A stretch of DNA of 33,576 nucleotides, from assembly GCA_000320545.1 (NCBI GenBank), contig ADNK01000978.1, positions 1 to 33,576 of the forward strand. Direction: 5' to 3'. Shown here piece after piece: positions 1-11,510 of the stretch (the first letter of the stretch is position 1; the number at the start of each line of letters is the position of its first letter). The notes beneath the pieces are model-generated. The model ran no database searches and was not told the origin of the DNA. It saw nothing but the letters and a program-made list of their open reading frames with translations. A program made the translations under genes and the position numbers. The stretch comes from Bigelowiella natans CCMP2755. Its lineage: Eukaryota > Protista > Cercozoa.

Positions 1-91
1 ATGTGGGGACCCCCCCAAGTTAGCTTTATTATGTGCCTTCCATTCCCCCCCCCCCCCTCCCCCCCCCGTCCTCTCTTTTTCTTGAGAGTAG

Positions 92-955
92 ATATTGTCA
101 CTCAACCAGCTGATCCAGCATGCCGATTGCATACTTCCGATCGAAAATCAAGCTTTAATCGACATCTGCAACAGAATTCATTCATTTCGTGACTCGAAGG
201 ATGGAGGGGGGGGCCTGGGGGGGGGGGGAGCTCAGAAAGCAAATAAAAGCCTCCTCTCGGATGGCACCTCTAAGAAGAAAGAGAAAGAGAATGCTTTCGC
301 ACAAATGAATACAATCGGGGCGCACCTTCTATGCAATCTGACTTGCTCAATGCGGTTTGAAGGCCACTTGAATGTAGACCTCAACGAGATCACGATGAAC
401 TTAGTGCCTTTCCCCAAGCTGCACCTCCTCCTCTCCTCCATCGCTCCCCTCGCAACAATGGCCGACAAAAAGGTCAGCTGCGGTGTGCGCGGTATGGATC
501 AGATGTTCTCCCAGGTTTTCTCCCGGGATTCGCAGCTTACCACTGTCAACCAGAGGGCGAGCACATATCTGGCCGCTGGGGTGATAGTGCGGGGGCGGAA
601 CGTGCAGGTTTCGGATATCAATCGCAACATAGACCGGCTGAGGCCGAAGCTCAAGATGATTCCTTGGAACACCGATGGCTTTAAGATAGGCCTTTGCTCT
701 GCACCGCCAGCGCATCAACCATACTCCGCCCTCTGCCTGGCCAACAACTGCGCCATTCGAGGGGTGGTGGGGGGGCTGGCAGATCGGTTCAGCAAGCTCT
801 TCCGCGTCCGCGCCCATGTGCATCACTATACGGAGTACCTAGAGCTGCAAGAGATGCAAGCAGCCTACCGCAGAGTCCGACAGCTGGCGTCTGATTATGA
901 GGCTCTTGAGAATGCGGTGCCGCGGGTCAGGAGGCGGATCACCCCAGTCGTTTAA
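92..955 (+). CDS. TUBE1: Epsilon-tubulin, final exon (5' part lies upstream of the window)
   Basis: Acceptor AG at 90-91 after a pyrimidine tract; reads ILSLNQLIQHADCILPIENQAL...NLTCSMRFEGHLNVDLNEITMNLVPFPKLH...WNTDGFKIGLCSAPP...LANNCAI...RAHVHHY. These motifs (RFEG-LN-DLNEI-MNLVPFP, WN--G-K-GLC, AH-HHY) match the epsilon-tubulin subfamily. Stop TAA 953-955. Confidence 0.92.
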   Translation: MLSLNQLIQHADCILPIENQALIDICNRIHSFRDSKDGGGGLGGGGAQKANKSLLSDGTSKKKEKENAFAQMNTIGAHLLCNLTCSMRFEGHLNVDLNEITMNLVPFPKLHLLLSSIAPLATMADKKVSCGVRGMDQMFSQVFSRDSQLTTVNQRASTYLAAGVIVRGRNVQVSDINRNIDRLRPKLKMIPWNTDGFKIGLCSAPPAHQPYSALCLANNCAIRGVVGGLADRFSKLFRVRAHVHHYTEYLELQEMQAAYRRVRQLASDYEALENAVPRVRRRITPVV

Positions 956-1368
956 GAAGCTGCTACTAGCACACGGATTTAGAGTGCAGCTATGTTGGAA
1001 GTGGGTAATAACATGCATGTGCTGTGTATGCGCGTGTAGTAGGAGGAGTTCCTGCGCGTGCGACGAAATGAATCTTAATGAGCAACATAGCGTTTACTAA
1101 AATGAAACTTGCAAAATCGCGTGGTCGTGTATGCATGCGCGTACATAGTAGAATTCTCATCTATGCAGAGCTATAGTTAGCTGCGCATTGCCTAGATTCA
1201 TAGGCTGCTAGAATTTTGATCACAGCTGCATGTGTAGATGCAGAAGGGCTGTGCATAATGCACAACACAAACAGCATACACTACTGCAACTCAAAGCTTC
1301 TGATGATGCATGGTTCATGAGGATTGTTGCGATTGATGTAGAGTTTATTCAATTTCCTACACACCCCG

Positions 1369-2787
1369 TCATCTAGCATCATGGTAACTGTTACGAGCGC
1401 GGCGGAAATTGCCGTGATTCTCACCGCGGTTGTCTCTACTACTGCTACTATTTCGTTGTTGCACCTTACTGTCGAATGCGAGAATGGGATCGTCCTGACC
1501 ATCTGCACATAGCGCTACGAGGTGCTCGGAGGGGTGCCAGGTCACGTCACAGAGAGCTGCCCGGAAACCGGTTTCTAACATCGAAACCACTGCGCACGTC
1601 AAGGTGCTCCATATGTACGCCCTCCCGTTGTCCGACCCGGCGATGATGTAGCTTCCGTCAGGGCTGAACGCCAGATTCAGCACAGCTGATTGGCAAGTTG
1701 CTCCGCGAAGCTGTTTCTTCACTCTGGAATTCCGCAGGGCGAGCAGGTATATGCAGTCAGAAGCCGTGTAGACCGCTAGTTTTTCTGCCCGGTAGCGCAA
1801 GCATCGAATCGCCGTTTGGTCGATCTGCAGGCTCTGCGTGAGCGTCAGCCGCTCCTTCCATTCCGAAGTCGATGTACTTCTCTTCCCGTGATCGATGTGC
1901 TTGTCGGCCCAGAAGCATACCACGCCGGCTGTGTCTGAGGTGTAGAAGCGGCCTTGGATTCCAAAGGCGATGGACGTCACTGAGGAGTTGTGCGCCTTTA
2001 AACGCGCAAGCAGCGAGCCGCGAGATTCACTGCTCCATATCCGCACGTATGAATCATTAGCGCCAGTGACGATTACCTAATCGTGTGATGTATTTGGATA
2101 AGTTGTTCACTTCTCCTTCTTTGCGAGGAGGGGAGGGGGGGCCTATCACGCTATTATTAGCACAATAGCATAATCATTCGTAGTACCTTTGAATTCTCAG
2201 AAAACGGATTGAATCTTGCCGCGTTAACCTGCGACGTGTGCTGCAACGACACAATATGCTTTGTCTCTCTCGCTCCTGCAAGATCCCTCTTCATGGAGAA
2301 AATCTGTCGGAAGAACAAGAAGAAGAAGAAGAAGAAGAAGAAGAAGAAGAAGAAGAAAAGGAAGGCCATACAACATTAAGCGGAGTATTGACACCGCAGG
2401 TACACCGCCATAAATGAGTTGAAAGGTGATGATTTCTCCATCAGCGACCACAACATTTGCCCTGCAGCACAGATACGTACTCGCACCCCACATTTCTTCT
2501 ACGAATAGGTTTGCTAGATGCTACTGCACATCCTCGTCGTTGCTATCAGTCCTTTTCCTGATATCATCAAAAAGCACTTTGCGGGCATTGCACCTTGGCT
2601 GTTTGATCGGCGGAAGAACTGAGGATTTTAGACGAATCACGATTCCAACTCAAGCCCGTGATGCTATCATGGTGGCCAAGGAAAGAGTGAATGAACCCCC
2701 CCCCCACGTCGTATATTTTGACTGTGACGATCATGTGGTCGTCAACCACGAGATGCCGGCACGCCTATCGAAAAGACAAAAAGTATA

Positions 2788-2822
<35 letters not shown>

Positions 2823-4224
2823 GGATATCATGATACAGAGCAGCAGCTGCAGCTGAAGCAGCAGCAACTCGTTACATAGCAAAAACAAGGGAAACACACA
2901 GTGCGCATTTCTATTGTCCTCAAGGAGAGCGAATCAGATCTTCATCACGTAAATCTGCATGCTTTTACAAATTTACCCCCACTATCAGTATTACTACCAC
3001 TCTTCCCCTTCCCCCTTCTCTTATCTACTACAACGACGAAGACTACAACTACTACTACTACTACTACTACTACTACCACGACTACATATGTGCTACTACC
3101 GCTGCAATGTAGTTTCCATCGGGCGAGAACGCAACCGCTTGGCAGCCCATATCCGTTTGAACCTCAATCGCCTGGAAGTTAGGAATTCTGCACTTTTCGT
3201 GGCGCTCCCGACGCCTGAAAAAAAAACCGCCATCACTGCTTCAGGATGCCCTCCATCTCCTTCCCAGTGAGTGTCATCACCGCACAAAAAGCGAAAGGGG
3301 GATGTGGTGGCAGGGGGAAAATCAAGTGCTATACCTTTTACTCCTAATACTCCGGAGGCGGTTTGCAGATGCTGGTCCTCCTAAACTTGAAGGGTTATTG
3401 AAAGCTGCTGTCGTCGCGGAGGAATGGCGCACAAGCTCTTGGACATTCATTCGGCCTTGTTCTATATCCGTAGGAAGCTGCGGTCTTGACCCAATAGCCA
3501 ACTGTCGACAATCAAAATAGTAGATGAGGCAGAATGCAGTAGCTTCGCAGCACACAGTCAATCGGTGTTTCAATATATATATATATATATATATATATAC
3601 TATACTATAATTACATTTAAATTCATCATATATACGACATTCTGCGACATAACCTTGCGATTGAGAGGCTTGCAGGAATTGACTCGAACGTGCAATGCCG
3701 AAGGGTACTTCTCATACCCAAACGTGTCTTGAAACAGCCATTCGTAGTATCTGCACAATGTATGTGGCAACCTCATCTCTGCGAAAGAGTATTAACTTAA
3801 ATATTCTTCTCATTGTTTGTAAACAACACTAGCACCAGCATGGCGTGGAGGAGGGACGCGTGTATCATAAACAACAGCCCTCAAATTGAGAGACTTATTC
3901 AGAGATACTAGATACCAACAAAACGGCAATTAAAGCTCAAGAAAACCATCTAAGAGACACTAGAATCGGCACTCTTCGCCTCATAATCTGAACTCGTGTT
4001 TGGGCGGTTTTTATCCCTGCTCTGGCACTCTATTATCTATGCACGTAGCTTACATGTGAGGCACTCCTCGAGCGCTTCGGTTGTATCGCTGCGACGTGGC
4101 AGTGTACCTTCGGAGGAGGGGAGCAGCAACGACAAACAGCGACACAATTCCAAAAATCAGATATATTTCCGATATGAATATTGGATTGAACGCAAGCAAA
4201 GAACCAAAGGACGTCTTCAAAAAG

Positions 4225-4257
<33 letters not shown>

Positions 4258-4995
4258 ATTATATTTAATGTTGCGATCGATTCGGTACCGGTAGAGCTGT
4301 ATTTGAAGGTCCTTGCCATTTCCAAGATACTGAACATCTCTATGCGGGGATACGAGTTTTAGAAACCCCCATGCGACGTGGCAAAAACCATCACGAAATC
4401 TCTTCCCTCCCTTTGTCGCCTGATGAGAACAAACACAATTTTAATGAAAATACACGCCATTTTAGGCGCAGATAATTGTTGAATAGTGTTCTGTGGGATA
4501 TTCAAAGCAAGGCTGAAATCGATAGTTTTCGTATGTGTGGATAATGTAGTTAAGTAGCAGCAAGAAACATAGGAGGAACGATTCGTTCATGTGAATCTGT
4601 CTTTCAAAGGAAGATAAATCTACGAAAATAAACGTGCTTGTATTGACACTGAGATTCTATTTCAAAATGAAAGACAACCGTCTTTTTTTATGTTAGCATG
4701 ATTGGGTGAGGATGCATCCCTCCCCTCCAACCCGCGCCTTATTCGATAGGTAACTTTTTCCAATAAAGAAAAAAAATGACGTTTTTTTCAAAAAGCATCT
4801 GTTCTTCCCCAAAACGGGCGCGTGTACATTATCGAGAAATTGCGTATCGATGTCTGCTATCTCAAACATCAGCAAGGCGTTCTGGTTGCAGAGATGTGAC
4901 ACCCTCTCGTTGAGCTTCAGCTCCTGATTCCACTTTGCCTGGAGCACGCCACATAATCAGGAGAGTAAGCATGATGTAATATGCGTGCAGACGCT

Positions 4996-5046
<51 letters not shown>

Positions 5047-5294
5047 CACATATTATATGGACATATTACTCACCTGAAATCTTCCGCTGGGTATGAGATC
5101 GAAAGGACGTGTGATGACGGGTGGTAAAGTATCTGTTGGCACCTCGTAGGCCGAAACAATCTTGCGTTTACTATCGGTCTTCTTCACATAGCGTCCAGTT
5201 TTGAGGTTGATTACGTGCAAGAACACCATTGGCTGCCTGTGATTGTCCAAACACCGCACCCATTGAACTACTTCGTGAACGAGGGAGGCGACTA

Positions 5295-5327
<33 letters not shown>

Positions 5328-5971
5328 ATGCGAACATGCAGAAGTAAGAAAACGCAATTCGCGTGTGCTTAAGAGAGATCGTGAGATGGAGAGAGGAGGA
5401 TTTAAGACTCTTCACTTACTTCAGTCCCAATGTTGGCATGAGCGTGGCCTCATGTATATGGACGCTCAGAATTGCATCTCCTCTGTCATCGTCTAGTTTC
5501 CCAGCTTTGTTCAAATTTGAGCGTTGAGGAGAAGACACTTTTTTGTCTACGTCGCCGCTGTTGTCATTTGAGTCATTCCCCAGCTTTTCGAACATCAGCA
5601 GCATCCGCTCTAAACACACACACACACACACACCAGATTATATTTCTATATTATATATATTTAGTATATCATTATTAACGAGATGTGCGCATCTTTGAAT
5701 TTTCATTCCGAGCATGATCCGACGACGAAGACTTTGTTACCGAAAGGAAGAAAGAGAAAGAAAGAAAGGAAGAAACAAAGAAATTAGAATACAACAACTC
5801 AGAACAACCTTTCCTAAGGCAGATACAGCAAAACAGTCCCGACAGGAACATGTTGAAGTCGAAGCACCAACTGAAGAAGGACACACTTTCTGCGTGCACG
5901 CGTCGTCTCTACATAATTGCATTTGTATTGCACACGACAAACGATAAGCTTCCTACAATACTGATATAACT

Positions 5972-6011
<40 letters not shown>

Positions 6012-6538
6012 GAGATGCGTTGGCTGTGGCCTGTGTTTTACGAAAAGAAGAATTGATTTCTCGCAGATATTTCTCGACCCATCATTAGGTGCATTGTCAC
6101 AACTGTATTTCATAATTATTCCTTGCTTTTCTGCTATACCTTCTGCAGCGAAGCGAAACAGCCGCTGAACGCGCAGCAAAGGTACGCACACCATGTGTTA
6201 AAATAAGTGAAGAAACTTGGGCACATTGCAGTTGTCGCCATGCCTTCAGACTTTGTAGAAAGAATGTGTGTTAATGTTTAATAGGATTATCAGCCACTAA
6301 CAAAATACCTCGTTATCAGAGATAAGATTAGATTCCTGTCCCTGCTGCTGCTCTATATCGTCGTCATCATTAAAACAGCAAGGACAATAATCGACGACCC
6401 TGTTTATTTCACAGCCCCCAAGAGTGTAAGAAGCGAAATATCAACGTGAATCTTAAAACTTGATTCCTCCATTCAGGCACAACATCATCGTCTGCAACGC
6501 TGTATTGTTGCCGCAATGATATCCGTGTGTATCAATAT

Positions 6539-6614
<76 letters not shown>

Positions 6615-7367
6615 GCACGCGGTTCGATGTTCATGTGCAAAAAATATTATAGTGTTAACTGACCAGGATGACTCCAGAGGCTCGTCCTCCTCATCCATCT
6701 CTTGCTCTTCGTTCTTCTTCTCCTTCTTCTGTTCGTCGTCCCTTGGATTTCTAGGATTATTCTGATCTATCTTCCCTCCTCTCCTAAACGCCTTCTTTGT
6801 GTCCTGTGAGGACCCTTTCATAATAGGGTTTCTGACACCGCTACTACTACTACTACTATTTATTCCCTGCAGCATTCGAGGTGTCGGTGTTGGCAACTTG
6901 CCGCTAACATTGCCTGTTCGCCTGCCTCCTAGTTGCCCCATCGATGGGCCTTCTCTCATAATAGGCATGGTATCATTTTCCCTTTCTCTTCCCTTTGGCC
7001 CCAGCGAACTACCGGTGCGTCCGTTCTTGTCACCTCCGCCGTTATTAGGGTGTTGGAACGCCATCTTTGCTCTTACAGACTTACTTTCCTGGAAAATTAA
7101 GAAGTGTGGGGGGGGGGGGGAAGCGAGTAAAGGGAACGGAAATTCAAATAGGCGTCCATGTTTTCTGTGTGGTCAATGACGATGATTGTGTGTACAACGA
7201 TTGTCCTCTTCTGCGAAGCATGTACCCACCCCATCCTGTTTCTTCTTTGTCCTTTTCATAGCAGCCTTCGCCATTTGGGCGAAATTGAGAGGGGCATTTG
7301 CCGTTTTCTTCCCCCTATCTTCGGCTGTATCCACGACCGGGTTTTTGCCCTCGGCCGCCGAAGTCAT
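1369..7367 (-). CDS. AHI1: AHI1/jouberin-like ciliary transition-zone protein (C2-like domain + WD40 propeller), multi-exon; 5' end uncertain (may extend to ~7690)
   Basis: Exon peptides follow AHI1 order: ILSVHIH (~5450), [30 protein letters not shown]...PVITRPFD (5095-5240), WNQELKLNE...LLMFEIAD (~4850-4940), [11 protein letters not shown]...LQIQLY (~4290-4385), [12 protein letters not shown] (~3680-3720), [11 protein letters not shown]...[11 protein letters not shown] (~2590-2680). Last exon 1369-2076 reads [14 protein letters not shown]...[11 protein letters not shown]...[20 protein letters not shown]. Confidence 0.88.
6549..6613. repeat. (AT)n microsatellite in an AHI1 intron, representative of many intronic SSRs
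   Basis: Read directly. Others (approximate): (GAA)n 2310-2356, (TA)n 2792-2821, 3572-3599, 5000-5043, 5975-6008, 33379-33412, (CTA)n 3048-3076 and 32232-32267, (AC)n 4226-4254, (CT)n(GT)n 15530-15593, (AC)n(AG)n 30936-30996. Confidence 0.95.
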
Positions 7368-7965
7368 GTCTTGTTAACACGTCTAATCGTAGTATTACTG
7401 CCTCGAAGACACCTCTACTGCATCATCATCTCTGCGAACATTTGTCGAGCCGGCTAGACTTTCTACTCTATCAGTAGTCTGAGGCTGCGCTGGAGGGACG
7501 GGTCGATCGTCTGAGAAGGGATAGCGTGCTCCTCCCCTAATCGTCGGTTAAGGAGACCGTTACAGTAGTCGCACTGGAGGCGGAAGAAGAAGAAGAACAG
7601 TATTCTGGATAAGAACGAACAATCCCGGGTTTCCCAGGGATTCGCGTTTATCGAAGAAATGTAGGCCAATTTGTCTTACTTTCATCAGAGACATGTCTGA
7701 GAGATTGTGGAAAGATCTAATGGAAGACTCGAAGAATATCCCAGAGAATTCCTGCTCCCCAACGAAGAATCATGGCGGAGGACTACAGGAGGGTCGCTTA
7801 CTTTCCCTTCCAACCTCCCCAACGCATAAGAAGATCATTGAATCATTATTTCCCCCCCACATATAATTGGATCATGTGGCCGTGGTTTTAAACAATCGTG
7901 CTTTGATTTTGCAACGGAAAGCGTCACAGTGGCAAGCACAAACTGACCGATTTTGATCTTTTCAG

Positions 7966-9335
7966 ATGAACGCGGCCAGGGCAGATCCCTTTCCGATTGT
8001 GAAAGAGTATGTGATAATTATTCAACTGGAAACATAATTATACGATCAAATTTTGCTCATCCTTTTTCCCCATCATCCTTTAGGAAGGTGCAAACCGCTG
8101 TGCGGCAGCTGGAGGGAGATATGATGACGTGGAAAGACCTGCTCAAGCGAACGAACACTTACACGAATCAGCAGTTTCAGGTTGGATTATTTCCGAATTT
8201 TTACTAAAAATCCCCGCTTAATGATTGTTTTTATTGCAGAGAACTCATAAATCCGTGAAGAAGCAGCTGAGGAGCCTTAACTCAAACCTGAAGGCACTAT
8301 CGCAAACGGTCAAAGGTAGCAAGCATTCATTTCCGATAGGAGAAGAAGTAATCTCATAAGTAACGAAAAGCCTGATAAAAGACCCACCATATTTACTTAC
8401 ACGATACTGCCTTCCCTAAACAGCTGTAGAGAGCCAGAGGGCTCGCTTTGAGAACATCGATGACTACGAACTCACACAAAGACGGAACTTCGTCTCCGAA
8501 ACCACGGTAAATCAATCTCCATCCATTCCATATATTTCTCTCTGTGGATTATATTCGTAATGTGGTTCTGATATCGTCGCTATCTACTGCGGCTATCGCT
8601 AGGTTGTAGTCGACACCTACCAAAAGCTTATAAGCGATCCCGCAACAAAGAAGAAGAGGGCAGACGACCAGAGAAAGGTCAATCGAAGATGATGATAACA
8701 GTTGCGATAACTACCTGTTCCCGCTCCCTACTCCTCCCCCCCCAGCCCCCTTCTGAATATCTGAGGTGTCAATATGGATAGGTTGAGGACCTTAGAGCTG
8801 AGCCAACAGGAGGCCCGTCGTACTCCTCAAAGTCTCAACCATTAGCCCGTCAGATGCAGGAACAAGAGGTCTTGTCGTCGTCATTGATTCTCTCGCTCGT
8901 CTCCAAAAGCCGATGGTGATGACCCCAAAGGTATTCAATTTATACTTAATTTATTAGGATCTCGAAGAGCAGCAGGATGAGGTGCTCGATGATATGCAAA
9001 CGGTGTTGGGGCGGTTGGGCGTTGCCGCAGACAATATCGAGCTAGAACTCGGAGAGCACAAAGAGTAATAATAATAATAATAATTATAGGACACGTCCTA
9101 TACGTATTACTGCTATTATTAATGCTGACTGACCCTGTCTATCTCCCTACGAATCCCCACGACCAGGCTTTTACAAGAGCTAGATAAAGAGATCGAAACT
9201 GCTCAAGGAAGGATGGGGGTGGCGATGAAAAAGTTACAGAAACTGCTAGGAACGTCGAGCAATAGCAAAATTTGCTGTTTATTCATGATGTTTTTCATGG
9301 TTATTATCCTGTTGGGGCTCGCCGTATTCGCTTAG
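7966..9335 (+). CDS. STX6: Syntaxin-6/10 / SYP61 / Tlg1-family Qc-SNARE, 8 coding exons (possible extra micro-exon MAEDYRR at 7772-7792)
   Basis: Spliced with GT-AG introns in consistent phase: MNAARADPFPIVKE-KVQTAVRQL...W...-AVESQRARFENIDDYELTQRRNFVSET (Syntaxin-6 N-terminal domain with DPF motif), EQQDEVLDDMQTVLGRLGVAADNIELELGEHKE-LLQELDKEIETAQGRMGVAMKKLQKLL (SNARE motif), C-terminal TM anchor CCLFMMFFMVIILLGLAVFA, TAG 9333-9335. Confidence 0.88.
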
Positions 9336-11510
9336 AACGAAATCTAATAAAATTCTAGAGGAATGAATTATTTTGAAACGAATTCCGATACATAACTTAT
9401 TCGTGGAAGATGTGTACACGAGTATAGATACCCCTAAAGCATTTATGTGCAAATTTTTATTGTAATCATCTTTCCACACGTACGCAGCAGCACGATCGTG
9501 GTGCACGTATAAATTATACCAGGACCAATAATAAAGCTAACAAACAAAGTCGAAGCCATTCATACATTGCACCTGCTTAATGCTAGCATTTGATCAGCAT
9601 GCTTAAACCTGCATCGAGTAGCAGTGCATATACTTAGGGCTGCTACGTACTGCATCGATGGGCAGCGCACGCAAGCAGACGCCATGGCATGACCATGATG
9701 GCTATATCATGCGCGCATGCTAGCATGCATTGCGACTATGCGCGCGAATGCATGAAAGATCGACCTAATGATTGTTAACGAACAAGTGCATCTGGAGCGC
9801 TCTAGTCCATTGACTCGTTGCCCCCTTAGCTGGCTAGACCTTTTTCCCCGGAAAAAACTGCATCTCCGCCACACTAGCATGCTGGCATGAATCTGTCAAT
9901 GCTGAATGGCTAGCAGATGGGTAATTTAGGACACTTGCATGTTTGCCTGTGCGATTGATTGAACGAGCTAGGAACGATGTGCACAGTGCGCATTGCATGT
10001 AGCTAGTCCATTGTCGTTGCAGATCGCCCAGTCTAGCCTAGCAGTGCACGCACAAATTGAGCTAGACTAGCAGAAAGCTTTCTAGCTTTGAACGCATTGT
10101 GGACGACACAGCGATGTTCAGCACTAGACAATGGACATGCGTACACATCATGCATGTCACATGTACTGTGTCTATGGTCTAGAGTGTGTACGACACGAGT
10201 TCATTTTGCGCACAGAAATGCATCGCTGAGCTACGTAGCGAGGCCCATCAAACAATGCAAGTTGCTGCTTTGTTGCTCAGAGCTAGCATGGAGAGAGCGA
10301 ACTTCGAAGCGATTGCAAGGAACGAAATGATTTTTTCTTGTCTCAGAAACGAGGCGCGTCAAATGCATTTCTCTGTGTCAAACCTGAATTTCTTTTGAAT
10401 TTCTTTTCGAAAGTTCTCTAGCCACAGCATCCTGACTAGTTTCTTGAGCTTTGTCAACTTGACCGATCTTCACCTTGACTTTGTGGAGGCCTTCTTCATT
10501 CACAAAGGGTCACGTGTGCTAGCACGTAACACAACAACGATTGTGGACCGTTGCACTTGTGGGCATTCCAAACATCAAGCGTGAGCGCAAAGATGAAACG
10601 ATCCAATTTGTAGCCACAACGTTGCGAACTTGCGTTCATGAGTTCGCTCTGCCTGTTCCAGACAGATGTTTCTGCTTTGCTTCGAGGATCACTTGCAATT
10701 CCTCTCTGAGATCGCAATTTGAACAGCAGCCCAGCGATTTGATTCTGTGCAAGCCAACAAACAAGCAGCCTAGCAACATTGATTCCCGACTCTTGCGTGT
10801 CATCCCTTGACAGATCTTCAGGTCCAGAGATCATTTGTGTCGAGAATCTCGCCTTCCTGCATGTTTTGACCTTTTCCAATTTTCCGGTTTGAGTGATTCG
10901 AGGAATCAAGCATGATCAAAGGCCTGGGAGATGGCATGCCATGCTGGAGTGATCGAACGTGTGCACGTCTAGACGTTCTAGCACTGCACGAGTTGTGTGT
11001 GACGTGCACGACCAGATCACACACCACGCTAGCACGACTACGTGTCACATGTCCGGAAATTTGGTTCACCAAAACAGGCACGCATGTGCAGATCGATGGA
11101 CACATGCACATGGACCTAGATCCACAAAACAAATGCACCTACCTCCATGCTGCTCGTGTGGTGCATGTGTGAGGCGCTGCTGAAATGTGTCATCATGAAG
11201 CACCAATCTAGGTCGCTTGCATTTCATTGCACACACAGTTGTCGCACTGCTCAAATCACTGTCGTAATCACAGCAGTGATCAAGAGACTTAGGGTGGATG
11301 ATGGATTAGGTCTCAGCCTCGCGTCATGGTCAAACTAATGAAGTTTGAACAAAACGGGCTCACCATTTGAACATGTTTTGCACAAAACTGTGCATGTCTC
11401 ATTGACTTCCATCCTCGAAGACATGAGCGGTTAACAGAATGCTTGGTGCCTTTTGGCCTTGCCGCAAACGGAAAACATAGGCCATTGCTGTTACTGAGAA
11501 TTGGCGCGCA

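Noticed and set aside
200-232. Poly-Gly insert and non-acidic C-terminus of the tubulin as novel features
   Set aside because: The insert comes from G homopolymers in a loop that is variable in epsilon-tubulins, and epsilon-tubulins lack the acidic alpha/beta tail.
2157-6194. ORFs with poly-F, poly-T, YIYI, HTHT or VCVC runs
   Set aside because: These are translations of intronic microsatellites or antisense frames of AHI1.
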